From NCBI GenBank assembly GCA_041665285.1, contig JBAYJC010000003.1, forward strand, positions 65,902-129,901: a DNA stretch of 64,000 bases, given 5' to 3'. Shown here one piece after another: positions 9,917 through 18,080 of the stretch; the first letter of the stretch is position 1, and the number at the start of each line of letters is the position of its first letter. The translations under genes and the position numbers were made by a program. The notes beneath the pieces are model-generated. The model was not told where the DNA came from, did no database searches, and worked only from the letters and a program-made list of their open reading frames with translations. This DNA is from Patescibacteria group bacterium. GTDB taxonomy: Bacteria > Patescibacteriota > Patescibacteriia > 2-12-FULL-60-25.

Positions 9917-10357
9917 ATGAGCTTTTCTGTTTCTCTTTATCATAATCCATCGCTTGAACGACTGGTTCCGGAATCGGAAATGATGATTGAGTTTGTCCGA
10001 TCTTCTGGACCAGGCGGACAAAACGTCAACAAGACTTCGAGCAAAGCCCAGTTGCACTGGAACGTCTCTGCCTCTAAAGTATTTACGGATCGCGAAAAAA
10101 GCCTGATCAAGGAACGTCTTGCGCATCGTTTGACCAAAGAGGGCTTTATTGTCCTCGCGTCAGATGAGCAGAGATCGCAATCGCAAAATCGTGAAGCTGT
10201 TATCAAGCTCCTGCGCTCGCTCGTGATCAAGGCACTCGCGCCTATCAAACCACGCGTACCCACAAAACCTACGCGCGGTTCCAAAGAGCGCAGGATTGGA
10301 GCAAAAAAGGAACGCTCCCTTCTCAAACAAATCCGCACCACACGCTGGGACGAATAG
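9917..10357 (+). CDS. arfB: Alternative ribosome-rescue factor ArfB (peptidyl-tRNA hydrolase, GGQ domain)
   Basis: SSGPGGQNVNKTSSKAQLHW GGQ motif plus a basic C-terminal tail. About 146 aa from the ATG at 9917. Confidence 0.8.
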   Translation: MSFSVSLYHNPSLERLVPESEMMIEFVRSSGPGGQNVNKTSSKAQLHWNVSASKVFTDREKSLIKERLAHRLTKEGFIVLASDEQRSQSQNREAVIKLLRSLVIKALAPIKPRVPTKPTRGSKERRIGAKKERSLLKQIRTTRWDE

Positions 10358-10366
10358 GAGGTTCTC

Positions 10367-10843
10367 ATGGAGTGCCCCGAGTTGCGTCTCCGCATCACTC
10401 AGCTGATCAAGAGCGGGCAAAAGGACGGTGAAATCTCGCCCGACGAGCAGAAGCACCTAGACGCATGCAAGGAATGCGTGCGCTGGCTCTTCCGCACCTA
10501 CGGCCCCATCCAGACCTGCTTCATCCAGGATGGCCAGGAGCAAGAAGACCCTGCGCAGGAATGCCTTTCCTGTCGCGTAGGGTTTTTGGACCTCCAAGGC
10601 GATGAAAACCCCTCGCACCTTCCATGGCACCTTCACGTACGCATGTGTAGGCACTGCCAGCATGCCGTGATCTACATGGAAGCGCTCCTACGCAAACCCG
10701 GCACAAACGAGTACGGCCGATGGACCAAGCGCACAGCCTGGGTCAAGCGCCTTGCTCGCCACCTTGCTCCAGAACTCCGCAGGCGCGCTCTCACGCACGA
10801 CCTCCCTGGCCCGTTCCACAAGACCTCCACCCGCCCGGACTAG
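10367..10843 (+). CDS. Cys/His-rich hypothetical protein (possible zinc-binding, anti-sigma zf-HC2-like HxxxCxxC)
   Basis: RBS TAGGAGG. Contains HLDACKEC, CLSC and CRHC motifs. Confidence 0.45.
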   Translation: MECPELRLRITQLIKSGQKDGEISPDEQKHLDACKECVRWLFRTYGPIQTCFIQDGQEQEDPAQECLSCRVGFLDLQGDENPSHLPWHLHVRMCRHCQHAVIYMEALLRKPGTNEYGRWTKRTAWVKRLARHLAPELRRRALTHDLPGPFHKTSTRPD

Positions 10844-10892
10844 TCCTCTCCCTCCCCCGCTGACCCCTCGTCCGCGGATTTTTATTTTGAGA

Positions 10893-11058
10893 TCTATTTT
10901 GGGGTCAGGTACCGCTCTATTTTGGGGTCAGGTACCGCTCGTGGATAATAACGTCCCTCATTACGTAGGTTATTAGCTTATTGTTGCAATATTCCGTCCT
11001 CCAGCCGCGAAGGAGCGCAACATTGTTAGTACCTGACCCCTTTGTGACTTTATTGCAT
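10893..11058. repeat. Inverted-repeat-bounded conserved element, copy 1 (with 23-bp tandem duplication of the left end)
   Basis: GGGGTCAGGTAC occurs at 10901 and 10924, with its inverted partner GTACCTGACCCC at 11029. The internal part is about 85% identical to copy 2 (12575-12717). Confidence 0.7.
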
Positions 11059-11090
11059 AAAAAAAATACTCCGATTTGCGTCGGAGCGAG
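11059..11090 (-). terminator. Rho-independent terminator of the 11095-12120 gene
   Basis: On the minus strand, CTCCGA-cgcaaa-TCGGAG followed by T8. Confidence 0.7.
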
Positions 11091-11094
11091 AGTA

Positions 11095-12120
11095 CTATCC
11101 TGCGTTGCGCGCGAGAGTCGTAGATGCGGCTTGCGCAGAAGCGTCACCGTCGAGGCCGTCGTCCTCGACGACCGTCGCAGGAGCCTCATCGACGAGCGCC
11201 ACGCGCACACCCGTCACTTCACCGCGGTAGGGTGAGGTCAACTTTTCCTCGTGCGTGAGCCAGGGAGGATGCTCGGGAATGGCGTCAAGAAGCGTCTGGG
11301 CTCCGTGGATCCACTCATCAATCCTGCACTGATAGGTGTCCACAATGTCGGCGAACGATGTGCAATCACTAAAGGAGGCTTTGACGTCCTCAGAACGCTG
11401 GTTAAGTCCATAGTGACCGCCAAACGCATCCAAACGTCGCCGTGCGCAGAAGAAACGGTCTACCCGCGAGACAATCTCTTGCTCGAGCGCGTCTGTCGGT
11501 GTCTCTTGCCAAGTGTCCAGGAGGATCCCGATTGCCTCCTGCTCGTCGATGAGCGCTGACCGATACTCATCAAAGCGACGCACTGCCCGCTCGAGAATCT
11601 CGTACGGTATGTCTAATCCTGTCACCAAACCAATCGTTGCCTCACCTGCGAGACGATGAGCGAGCGCATACTCTCCCCCAACGCTCGTACGCCACGTTTG
11701 AAAATCCTCTGACCATTTCTGGAGACCGTCCCTCATTTTGTCGAGAGCCACGCGGTCCATCTGATGCTCGAGACGTGCCTTGGTGACCTCAGCCGTCCTC
11801 TCGCGCTCGCGCTTGATGATGCCGCGCTTGTCGAGAATCCAGACAAGCGGTGGAACGAGCACAACGGGAGCAAAGAGTAGCGGTACCATCAACACGCCAA
11901 TCTCTATGTATGGCCAGCGACGGATGGCGGCGATAAACAAGGCGAGGCCGAAAATCAAGCTCCCAAAAAGTACTGGAAGGTTCAGGCTGTCTCTGGCAAG
12001 AATAAACGACCACCCCCATTCTTTGAACCTCCTCGGCCGCGACTTGATCCGAGACCGGCCTCGCAAGGATCGTTCCATCTGATCGAACGTCTCGAATAGA
12101 GGCTTCTTGTTTTTGTCCAT
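11095..12120 (-). CDS. Membrane/coiled-coil protein, paralog A
   Basis: 341 aa: basic N-terminus, 2-3 TM helices, then a helical domain. The C-terminal 45 aa are almost identical to 12754-13797. Confidence 0.6.
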   Translation of the reverse strand: MDKNKKPLFETFDQMERSLRGRSRIKSRPRRFKEWGWSFILARDSLNLPVLFGSLIFGLALFIAAIRRWPYIEIGVLMVPLLFAPVVLVPPLVWILDKRGIIKRERERTAEVTKARLEHQMDRVALDKMRDGLQKWSEDFQTWRTSVGGEYALAHRLAGEATIGLVTGLDIPYEILERAVRRFDEYRSALIDEQEAIGILLDTWQETPTDALEQEIVSRVDRFFCARRRLDAFGGHYGLNQRSEDVKASFSDCTSFADIVDTYQCRIDEWIHGAQTLLDAIPEHPPWLTHEEKLTSPYRGEVTGVRVALVDEAPATVVEDDGLDGDASAQAASTTLARNAG

Positions 12121-12210
12121 GGCTTTCCCTTCGTGAAACGAGCGTTGTCCTGCATAAGGTTAGACGAAAAACCTCGGACAAGTCAAGACGCGGCCGACCG
12201 GCCGCGCCCT

Positions 12211-12483
12211 TTACCATGAACGATAGATATCGTGGTGTCCGATCGATAAAAAAACAATGTCACCATTATCCATGCGTGAAAAAATGATACGAATCTTTTC
12301 CGTAATAGACATGGACCAGAGCCCTTGAAGACTACCCTTCAGCTGATGGAGACGCAGAGAAGGGTGCAGCGGATTCGCACGAAAAACTTTCTCCATTTTT
12401 CCCGCGCGTTCGACAATTTTCTTGTCGAGCTTCTTTACATCGCGAACAAATGCAGGATGGTACAAAATGGCACTAACCAACAT
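12211..12483 (-). CDS. Type II toxin, RelE/ParE superfamily
   Basis: MLVSAILYHPAFVRDVKKLDKK...HQLKGSLQGLWSMSI..KIRIIF...IVFLSIGHHDIY matches the RelE/YafQ-type pattern (L.G.L.G.WS..I...RI.F...IG.HD.IY). Confidence 0.75.
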   Translation of the reverse strand: MLVSAILYHPAFVRDVKKLDKKIVERAGKMEKVFRANPLHPSLRLHQLKGSLQGLWSMSITEKIRIIFSRMDNGDIVFLSIGHHDIYRSW

Positions 12484-12484
12484 A

Positions 12485-12586
12485 TCACACAAAATCCGTC
12501 AGAGACCGGGCTTTGATGAGGCCACCACGCTTGTGAAGGACCGGGGCTTGTTTTGCCCGTTTCAAAAGATCAGCTTCTATTTGGGG
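12485..12586 (-). pseudogene. Possible 5'-truncated antitoxin remnant
   Basis: 33-codon open frame (..EADLLKRAKQAPVLHKRGGLIKARSLTDFV*). Its TGA overlaps the toxin ATG (TGATATG). It has no ATG start, and an in-frame stop lies inside the GGGGTCAGGTAC repeat end. Confidence 0.3.
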
Positions 12587-12717
12587 TCAGGTACCGCTCA
12601 TACAAAAAACACCCCTCTCATCACGTAGGTTATTAGCTTATTATTGCAATATTCCGTCCTCCAGCCGTGAAGGAGCGCAACATTATTGGTACCTGACCCC
12701 TTTGTGACTTTATTGCA
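12575..12717. repeat. Inverted-repeat-bounded conserved element, copy 2
   Basis: GGGGTCAGGTAC at 12583 and GTACCTGACCCC at 12689. Same internal sequence as copy 1. Confidence 0.7.
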
Positions 12718-12753
12718 TAAAAAAATACTCCGATTTGCGTCGGAGCGAGAGTA

Positions 12754-13797
12754 CTATCCTGCGTTGTGCGTGAGGGTCGTAGATGCGGCTTGCGCAGAAG
12801 CGTCACCATCGAGGTCGTCGTCCTCGACGACCGTCGCAGGAGCCTCATCGACGAGCGCCACGCGCACACCCGTCACTTCACCGCGGTAGGGCGAGGTCGA
12901 CCCCTGCTCGTGCGTGATCCAGGGAGGATGCTCGGGAATGGCCTGGAGTAGGTTCCGTGCGTGCTCCGTCCAAGAGTCCACGCCTTTTTGATAGACAGCC
13001 GCCGCTTCCTCAAGCGTCACACAAAGCTCAAGTGTGTCCGTCGACTGCAAAGACCCAAGTGACTGGGCAGGAAGCCATGCCTTGCGCAGGGTGTCCATGG
13101 CTTCCACGAGCTGATTCGATCGCGCCACGATCTCTGCTTCACGCTCCGCGGACGGCGCGAGCACCCACTCATGCATGAACCTGTGCAGTGCGTTGCGCTC
13201 GGACGTAATCGCCGCAAGGTAACCCTCGAACCGCTGTTCCGCCTGCTGAATCAGCATCTTTGCGGTTTCGGCCCCCACGATCTTCGGAGCAACCTCACAC
13301 TTTGATACGCGCTGGATAAGCGTATAGTCCATGGCGGCGCGTTTGTGCCACTTCCGACACTCTTTTCGCCAAAGGCCAAACACCTGACGTGCGCGATCTA
13401 GTAGCTGTGCATCCCAAACACGTTGTTGATACTCCTGGATCCTACAGATGCAACGAGAGCGCTCCTTTTCCAGGATGCGTCGATGATCAAGGGCCCAGGC
13501 CAACGGCCCGCAGAACAATGCGCTCAAGGCAATCGGTAGGAGCATGAGCGGAATATCACGCCCAGAAAACCGCGGGAGATAGAGCGCGAGCAGTGTACCG
13601 ACGCTCGCGGCCACAGACACTGTCCCGAGCAAGACCACGTATGCTCGCCAGCCTGACAGGCTGAACACTGCCAGCGCCCACTGCAAGAGGGATCGAGGCC
13701 GGGCCTTGAGCCGTGGAATCTGCCTAAGGCCCAAAGACCACGCGTGCTCTTCGAGCTCCGCAAACGACCCGAACTTCTTGAACGCGTCTTCGCTCAT
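12754..13797 (-). CDS. Membrane/coiled-coil protein, paralog B
   Basis: 347 aa with the same architecture and near-identical C-terminus (SPYRGEVTGVRVALVDEAPATVVEDD.LDGDASAQAASTTL) as paralog A. Confidence 0.6.
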   Translation of the reverse strand: MSEDAFKKFGSFAELEEHAWSLGLRQIPRLKARPRSLLQWALAVFSLSGWRAYVVLLGTVSVAASVGTLLALYLPRFSGRDIPLMLLPIALSALFCGPLAWALDHRRILEKERSRCICRIQEYQQRVWDAQLLDRARQVFGLWRKECRKWHKRAAMDYTLIQRVSKCEVAPKIVGAETAKMLIQQAEQRFEGYLAAITSERNALHRFMHEWVLAPSAEREAEIVARSNQLVEAMDTLRKAWLPAQSLGSLQSTDTLELCVTLEEAAAVYQKGVDSWTEHARNLLQAIPEHPPWITHEQGSTSPYRGEVTGVRVALVDEAPATVVEDDDLDGDASAQAASTTLTHNAG

Positions 13798-13892
13798 ATC
13801 CTTCTCCTCTGTTTCTGCCGTTTTGTCCTATGCAAGGTTAGGCTGATTTCGGACAAAAAGTCAAGGTATTGACCCCCTTCTGAGCCACACTA

Positions 13893-13927
13893 CAGATCAG
13901 ATCCTTATCAGTTTTGGATCAGATCTC
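13893..13927. repeat. GATC-palindromic repeat, copy 2
   Basis: cAGATCAGATCcttATCAGttttGGATCAGATCTc. Confidence 0.6.
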
Positions 13928-13952
13928 AAATGGCAAAAGTAATTATTCAACG

Positions 13953-13986
13953 AAAAAACGCTCCGACGTACGTCGGAGCGTTTTTT
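13953..13986. terminator. Bidirectional terminator
   Basis: A6-CGCTCCGACGTACGTCGGAGCG-T6, a perfect palindromic hairpin. Confidence 0.7.
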
Positions 13987-13988
13987 CA

Positions 13989-14071
13989 TGGGCAGGGAGA
14001 GACTTGAACTCTCAAGGGCTTTCGCCCGCCAGCTCCTAAGGCTGGTGCGTATACCATTCCGCCACCTGCCC
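13989..14071 (-). tRNA. tRNA-Leu (anticodon TAG)
   Basis: The reverse complement GGGCAGGTGGCGGAATGG...CAGCCTTAGGAGCTGG...GGTTCAAGTCTCTCCCTGCCCA folds as a cloverleaf with a long variable arm. No CCA is encoded. Confidence 0.9.
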
Positions 14072-14186
14072 ATGCGCGTCGCAAGCATAGCGTATTGCCC
14101 TGCGTCTATCAACCCAGGCATCTTGACATTCCTGCTGTAGTTTGCCAGGATTCTTTCGCACACCAAGGTGCACGGAAGGGGCGAAA

Positions 14187-15239
14187 ATGAGCGACATCGA
14201 TCAGAGGCCTGATGGACAAGACTCGCAGTCCCGGATCAGCGTGCCGGGGTCGGAGCGGGACGAATCGTCCGGGAGCAAGCTCTTGCCGCAGAACATGCGG
14301 TGGATAAACTTCGCGCTCTCGGCCGCGAAGAAGTGCGGAGTCGTCACCTCCACGGACATCGTGGGTGCGGACCGGGTGGGGTTCGCCCTGTTCCTCAGCC
14401 AGATCGAGAGCGCTGACTCCAGGGCCGCGATCCTGTCCAAATTCACCAAGATGCCCTTCGAGCTTGCCCTGACGCTCGTGAAGAGGTTCCCCGCCGAAAC
14501 CTTCGAGGAGATGGTCCTCGCTTGGTTCGACGAGGGACAGCTAAAGCCCGAGGAGCTGTTCACTCTGCTCCGCATGGACGAGCTCATGAAGGCCGTCCCC
14601 ACGCGCTTCCTGCAGAATCTCCTCAGGCAGAGGCTTCTGCACGACCCGAGCTGGATCCCCAGCACCAAGGACCTGGACCCGACGGCTATCAAGGCCAAGC
14701 GCGCCGAGGCCATTGCGTTCTTGGGGATACTCTTCGTGGGCTACCTCGCGACGAGTGCGGAGCCGAACCCGGCCGACCGGCTCATCAAAGCGATAGGCTG
14801 GGGTGTCTTCGGAGCCAACCCCGACTTTGAGAGGGTCATGAACCTGGCCACGATCTCGACGAAAGAGAACATGGGGGTCACGGACCTCAAGCTCTTGCTG
14901 GTCCAACTCCTCGGGACCGCGAATAAGCACCTCGGGGACTTCAACCCCGAGGACTTCTTGCCCGGGCTCGTCGTCGTGGCAGAGGAGTTCAAGCTCGGCG
15001 AAGAGCCGACCCCGCCCGCGCTCTCGCGCGAGCTCGTCGTCATTCCGCCCGAGACACCCCCTGTCGAGCCCGCTTCCCCTGCCGAGAAGCCCTCGGAGGG
15101 AGACGAGTCGTCCGTGCCTCAGCCCCCGCCCACGCGGGACGTGGAAATCCTCGACCCAGACGACGTGGTTGCCGAGGAGAGCGGCTCCGAGCCCATCGTG
15201 CCGCCTCCGCCCCAGCCCCCTCCTCTCCCCTCCTCCTAG
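14187..15239 (+). CDS. Hypothetical protein with Pro-rich C-terminus (GC-rich block)
   Basis: ATG at 14187 follows GGAAGGGG. 350 aa, ending in PPPPQPPPLPSS. Confidence 0.5.
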   Translation: MSDIDQRPDGQDSQSRISVPGSERDESSGSKLLPQNMRWINFALSAAKKCGVVTSTDIVGADRVGFALFLSQIESADSRAAILSKFTKMPFELALTLVKRFPAETFEEMVLAWFDEGQLKPEELFTLLRMDELMKAVPTRFLQNLLRQRLLHDPSWIPSTKDLDPTAIKAKRAEAIAFLGILFVGYLATSAEPNPADRLIKAIGWGVFGANPDFERVMNLATISTKENMGVTDLKLLLVQLLGTANKHLGDFNPEDFLPGLVVVAEEFKLGEEPTPPALSRELVVIPPETPPVEPASPAEKPSEGDESSVPQPPPTRDVEILDPDDVVAEESGSEPIVPPPPQPPPLPSS

Positions 15240-15346
15240 CGGTCTTCCCTCGTGAAGCCGCTCTTTTTTTATTGCGTAATGCTTGACAAAACGGTAGGAT
15301 TTTGACACGGTGAAACGTCCTGAGAACAAGGACAAAGGGGGTCGCT

Positions 15347-16279
15347 ATGGAACAGGCGACATTCCGAGATCATCCTGAAGAGTACGTTCTGTGTTCTGCG
15401 CTCACCAAGTGCCTCGAATTCGGGGTTTTGGAGTACGCACAGCTTCTCAACTGGCTCGGCGGACCTGAATCTGCCATCAAGCAGACCGGCGACCTGGACA
15501 CCTTCCTCCAAAAAACTGGCAAGAGCGCAAAGGACATCGTACGGGATCACATGAACCAGAAGAGACCGTACATGAGCATCCAGACTTACCTGGATCTCAA
15601 AGCCTCCACCGCGGTCAGCCTGCTCCGGTACTTCATCGGTGAGGGTCTCATGAAGCCGCAGTGGATCTACGAGACCATTGGCTTCACGGCGTGGAGCCGC
15701 GCCATCGGGCTCGAGACACTCTACCGCAAGCTCTTTAACCAGAAGCACGAATGCAGTTCATCGATCATGGCCATCATTGCTATCGAAACGATCGTGGCCA
15801 TGGTCAACTGTCGTGCGCGTGACGCCCTGCTCGTTCTGAAGGACATTGGGGCAAAGCAGTTCACGAAAGAAGCAGAAGACGCCATCCCTAGCGGACCTGC
15901 TGGCGACAGAACGCGCGGCATCATGAGACGCGCGGGCATCGCTCTATTCTACGAGGCGCAAGGGCCGGAAAATCTGCAGCTCGCACAAATCGAAGCAAAA
16001 AGCATCTTCGATGAGTTCCAGCCTAGTGATCTCTGTGGCCTGCTCGGGGCCGTAGGCGTGGATCGACTTCTACGCCCGGTCAGAGCGTATGCTCGCGAAC
16101 AAGGCTGGGCGCACGAACAAGAACACGAGGAGCCGCTCTGGCGAGCCACGGTGCATCCTCCATCGAGCGGAATCCCTGCCGTGCGTCCAACCGGAAGGCA
16201 ACAGCCGCCAGGCACACGCAAAACACCCCTGGCCCCAAGCACGCCAGCCATGCCACCTCTGCGTACGCCCAAGATCTAA
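15347..16279 (+). CDS. Hypothetical protein (GC-rich block)
   Basis: RBS AAAGGGGG. 310 aa with a Pro/Ala-rich C-terminus. Confidence 0.5.
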   Translation: MEQATFRDHPEEYVLCSALTKCLEFGVLEYAQLLNWLGGPESAIKQTGDLDTFLQKTGKSAKDIVRDHMNQKRPYMSIQTYLDLKASTAVSLLRYFIGEGLMKPQWIYETIGFTAWSRAIGLETLYRKLFNQKHECSSSIMAIIAIETIVAMVNCRARDALLVLKDIGAKQFTKEAEDAIPSGPAGDRTRGIMRRAGIALFYEAQGPENLQLAQIEAKSIFDEFQPSDLCGLLGAVGVDRLLRPVRAYAREQGWAHEQEHEEPLWRATVHPPSSGIPAVRPTGRQQPPGTRKTPLAPSTPAMPPLRTPKI

Positions 16280-16305
16280 AGAGCCCCTCTCGGGACTCTG
16301 TTTTT

Positions 16306-18000
16306 TTACCAACTTCCTCCTCCGCCGCCACCAAACCCTCCGCCAGAACCACCGCCGCTAAATCCAGAACCTCCATGGCCTGCAGACGACGGTGCGCTGT
16401 ACATGGATGCAGAAGATGCAGAATGAATGGTGCTCATGGAGTGCGCAAAAGAAAGGGCGTTCCATGCCGCAAAATTCCCTTCCATGTAAGACGGTGGTTT
16501 GATTTCTAGCCCTGCAAACTGCCCTGCCCACTTTTCTTCCACACCAAATGCCACAGCCGCGGGCAAAAAACGTGCAAACTGATCAGGACGACGTTCGGGC
16601 GCATCTGTGAATGCCAAACGCGCCTTTTCTGTGACAGACAAAAAGAGCTTGAATCCTTCACATTCCTCTTTCACGATCGCACCCTCTTTTGTCATCTGCG
16701 GCATTTGCCAACCAATGATGATCATGACGATCGCGGAAAGAATGGATGCGACAATATACAATCCGCCGAACACACCCACGAGCACAATCCCTTGCGTAAA
16801 CATGCCCACAGCCGCACCAATCCACAACGCACGGACAATGGAAGGCGTCATGCCAAAGAATTTTCGATCACGAAGCTCCTTTTCTGCGCTGTGTTTCGCA
16901 TTTCCGATCTCTCGATAGGCTTTGCCAACAAGATCCTCAGGCTTCACTTCTGTTTCTCCACTCTTGAAAATCGATTTCCACACATCTTGCTCAAACACGG
17001 CCAACTCGGCATCTGGCTCTTTTACCTTCACAAAGGTGATCTTCGGCGATTTTGCAAACCATCCTTTTTTCTGCGGCTCACCCTCAAAGCGAATTTTCAA
17101 ATACCCACGCCGCGCAAGATCAAGAATCGTCGCACTGACGGCGCGACCCGAAAGCGTCTGCTCCATAAGCCCTGCCATGAGCGCAGGTGGGAGTTTTCGC
17201 GGCTCTTCATATTGCGCGACAACTGTTCCACGACCCACTGGCTCTTTCCCCCACTTGCGCCACACAAGCAACATCACAAAAGCTGTTAGCAACGGAAGGA
17301 TAGCCCAGACATTATCCAAGAAGAATTGCTTGAGTTTTTCTTCTGTCGTCAGCTCACGCAGAGCAGAAAGCGGATACGCAATCACAAAGGTCAGCCCCTC
17401 GGAAGGCCCAAGCGCCCGTGATGCACTGATCGTGACGGTTGATCCTGCTTGTTTGATGACGCACTCGCTTTCCGTACTCCCAAAGTAGCCGGCATAACAG
17501 ACAACCTTGTCTGGCGCCGCTGGACCGCTCAGCGTAAATAACGTTTTCAAAGAAGGAACATCCCATCCATTCCCGTTTACATTCCAATACAGCTCACGGC
17601 TATCCGCAAAATCATTGATGGCTTTTGCCGTCGTATACGTGAACAAAAAGACATGCGAACCAGTCATGGTCTTTTCTGGATCTCCAATCTTCAACTTGAG
17701 ATCATTCCCCTCATGCGTCACAGCCCACGGAATCGCATAGCCATCCATTTTAACATCCGAAATCTTGAGATTGAGTTTGTAACGCGCACCGTTGCGAGCA
17801 TACACCTCGGGAATCATCCGATAGATACCGTGTCGCTCTGCGTCATCAAAAGAATACCGAATGGTTTCCGTAATAGAGAGCACTCGGTCATACGAAAGCG
17901 TTGCTTGCACGGAAAAGTCTTGGATCTGCTCTGCGGCAAGTACAGGAAAGGCAAAAAGACAGATCGCGATAAACAAAAAGCCTCGAAAGAAATGGCGCAT
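16306..18000 (-). CDS. DUF2207-like membrane protein
   Basis: Signal peptide, large extracytoplasmic domain, 3 TM helices and a Gly-rich tail GGSGFSGGGSGGGFGGGGGGSW characteristic of DUF2207. The first ATG is at 18000. Confidence 0.7.
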   Translation of the reverse strand: MRHFFRGFLFIAICLFAFPVLAAEQIQDFSVQATLSYDRVLSITETIRYSFDDAERHGIYRMIPEVYARNGARYKLNLKISDVKMDGYAIPWAVTHEGNDLKLKIGDPEKTMTGSHVFLFTYTTAKAINDFADSRELYWNVNGNGWDVPSLKTLFTLSGPAAPDKVVCYAGYFGSTESECVIKQAGSTVTISASRALGPSEGLTFVIAYPLSALRELTTEEKLKQFFLDNVWAILPLLTAFVMLLVWRKWGKEPVGRGTVVAQYEEPRKLPPALMAGLMEQTLSGRAVSATILDLARRGYLKIRFEGEPQKKGWFAKSPKITFVKVKEPDAELAVFEQDVWKSIFKSGETEVKPEDLVGKAYREIGNAKHSAEKELRDRKFFGMTPSIVRALWIGAAVGMFTQGIVLVGVFGGLYIVASILSAIVMIIIGWQMPQMTKEGAIVKEECEGFKLFLSVTEKARLAFTDAPERRPDQFARFLPAAVAFGVEEKWAGQFAGLEIKPPSYMEGNFAAWNALSFAHSMSTIHSASSASMYSAPSSAGHGGSGFSGGGSGGGFGGGGGGSW

Positions 18001-18080
18001 ACAAAAAGAGGGTAACACATGCAACGAACCAAAAAAAGAAAAAGCCCCGTGTCGCGAGAAGCGAAACGGGGGTTTGGGGC

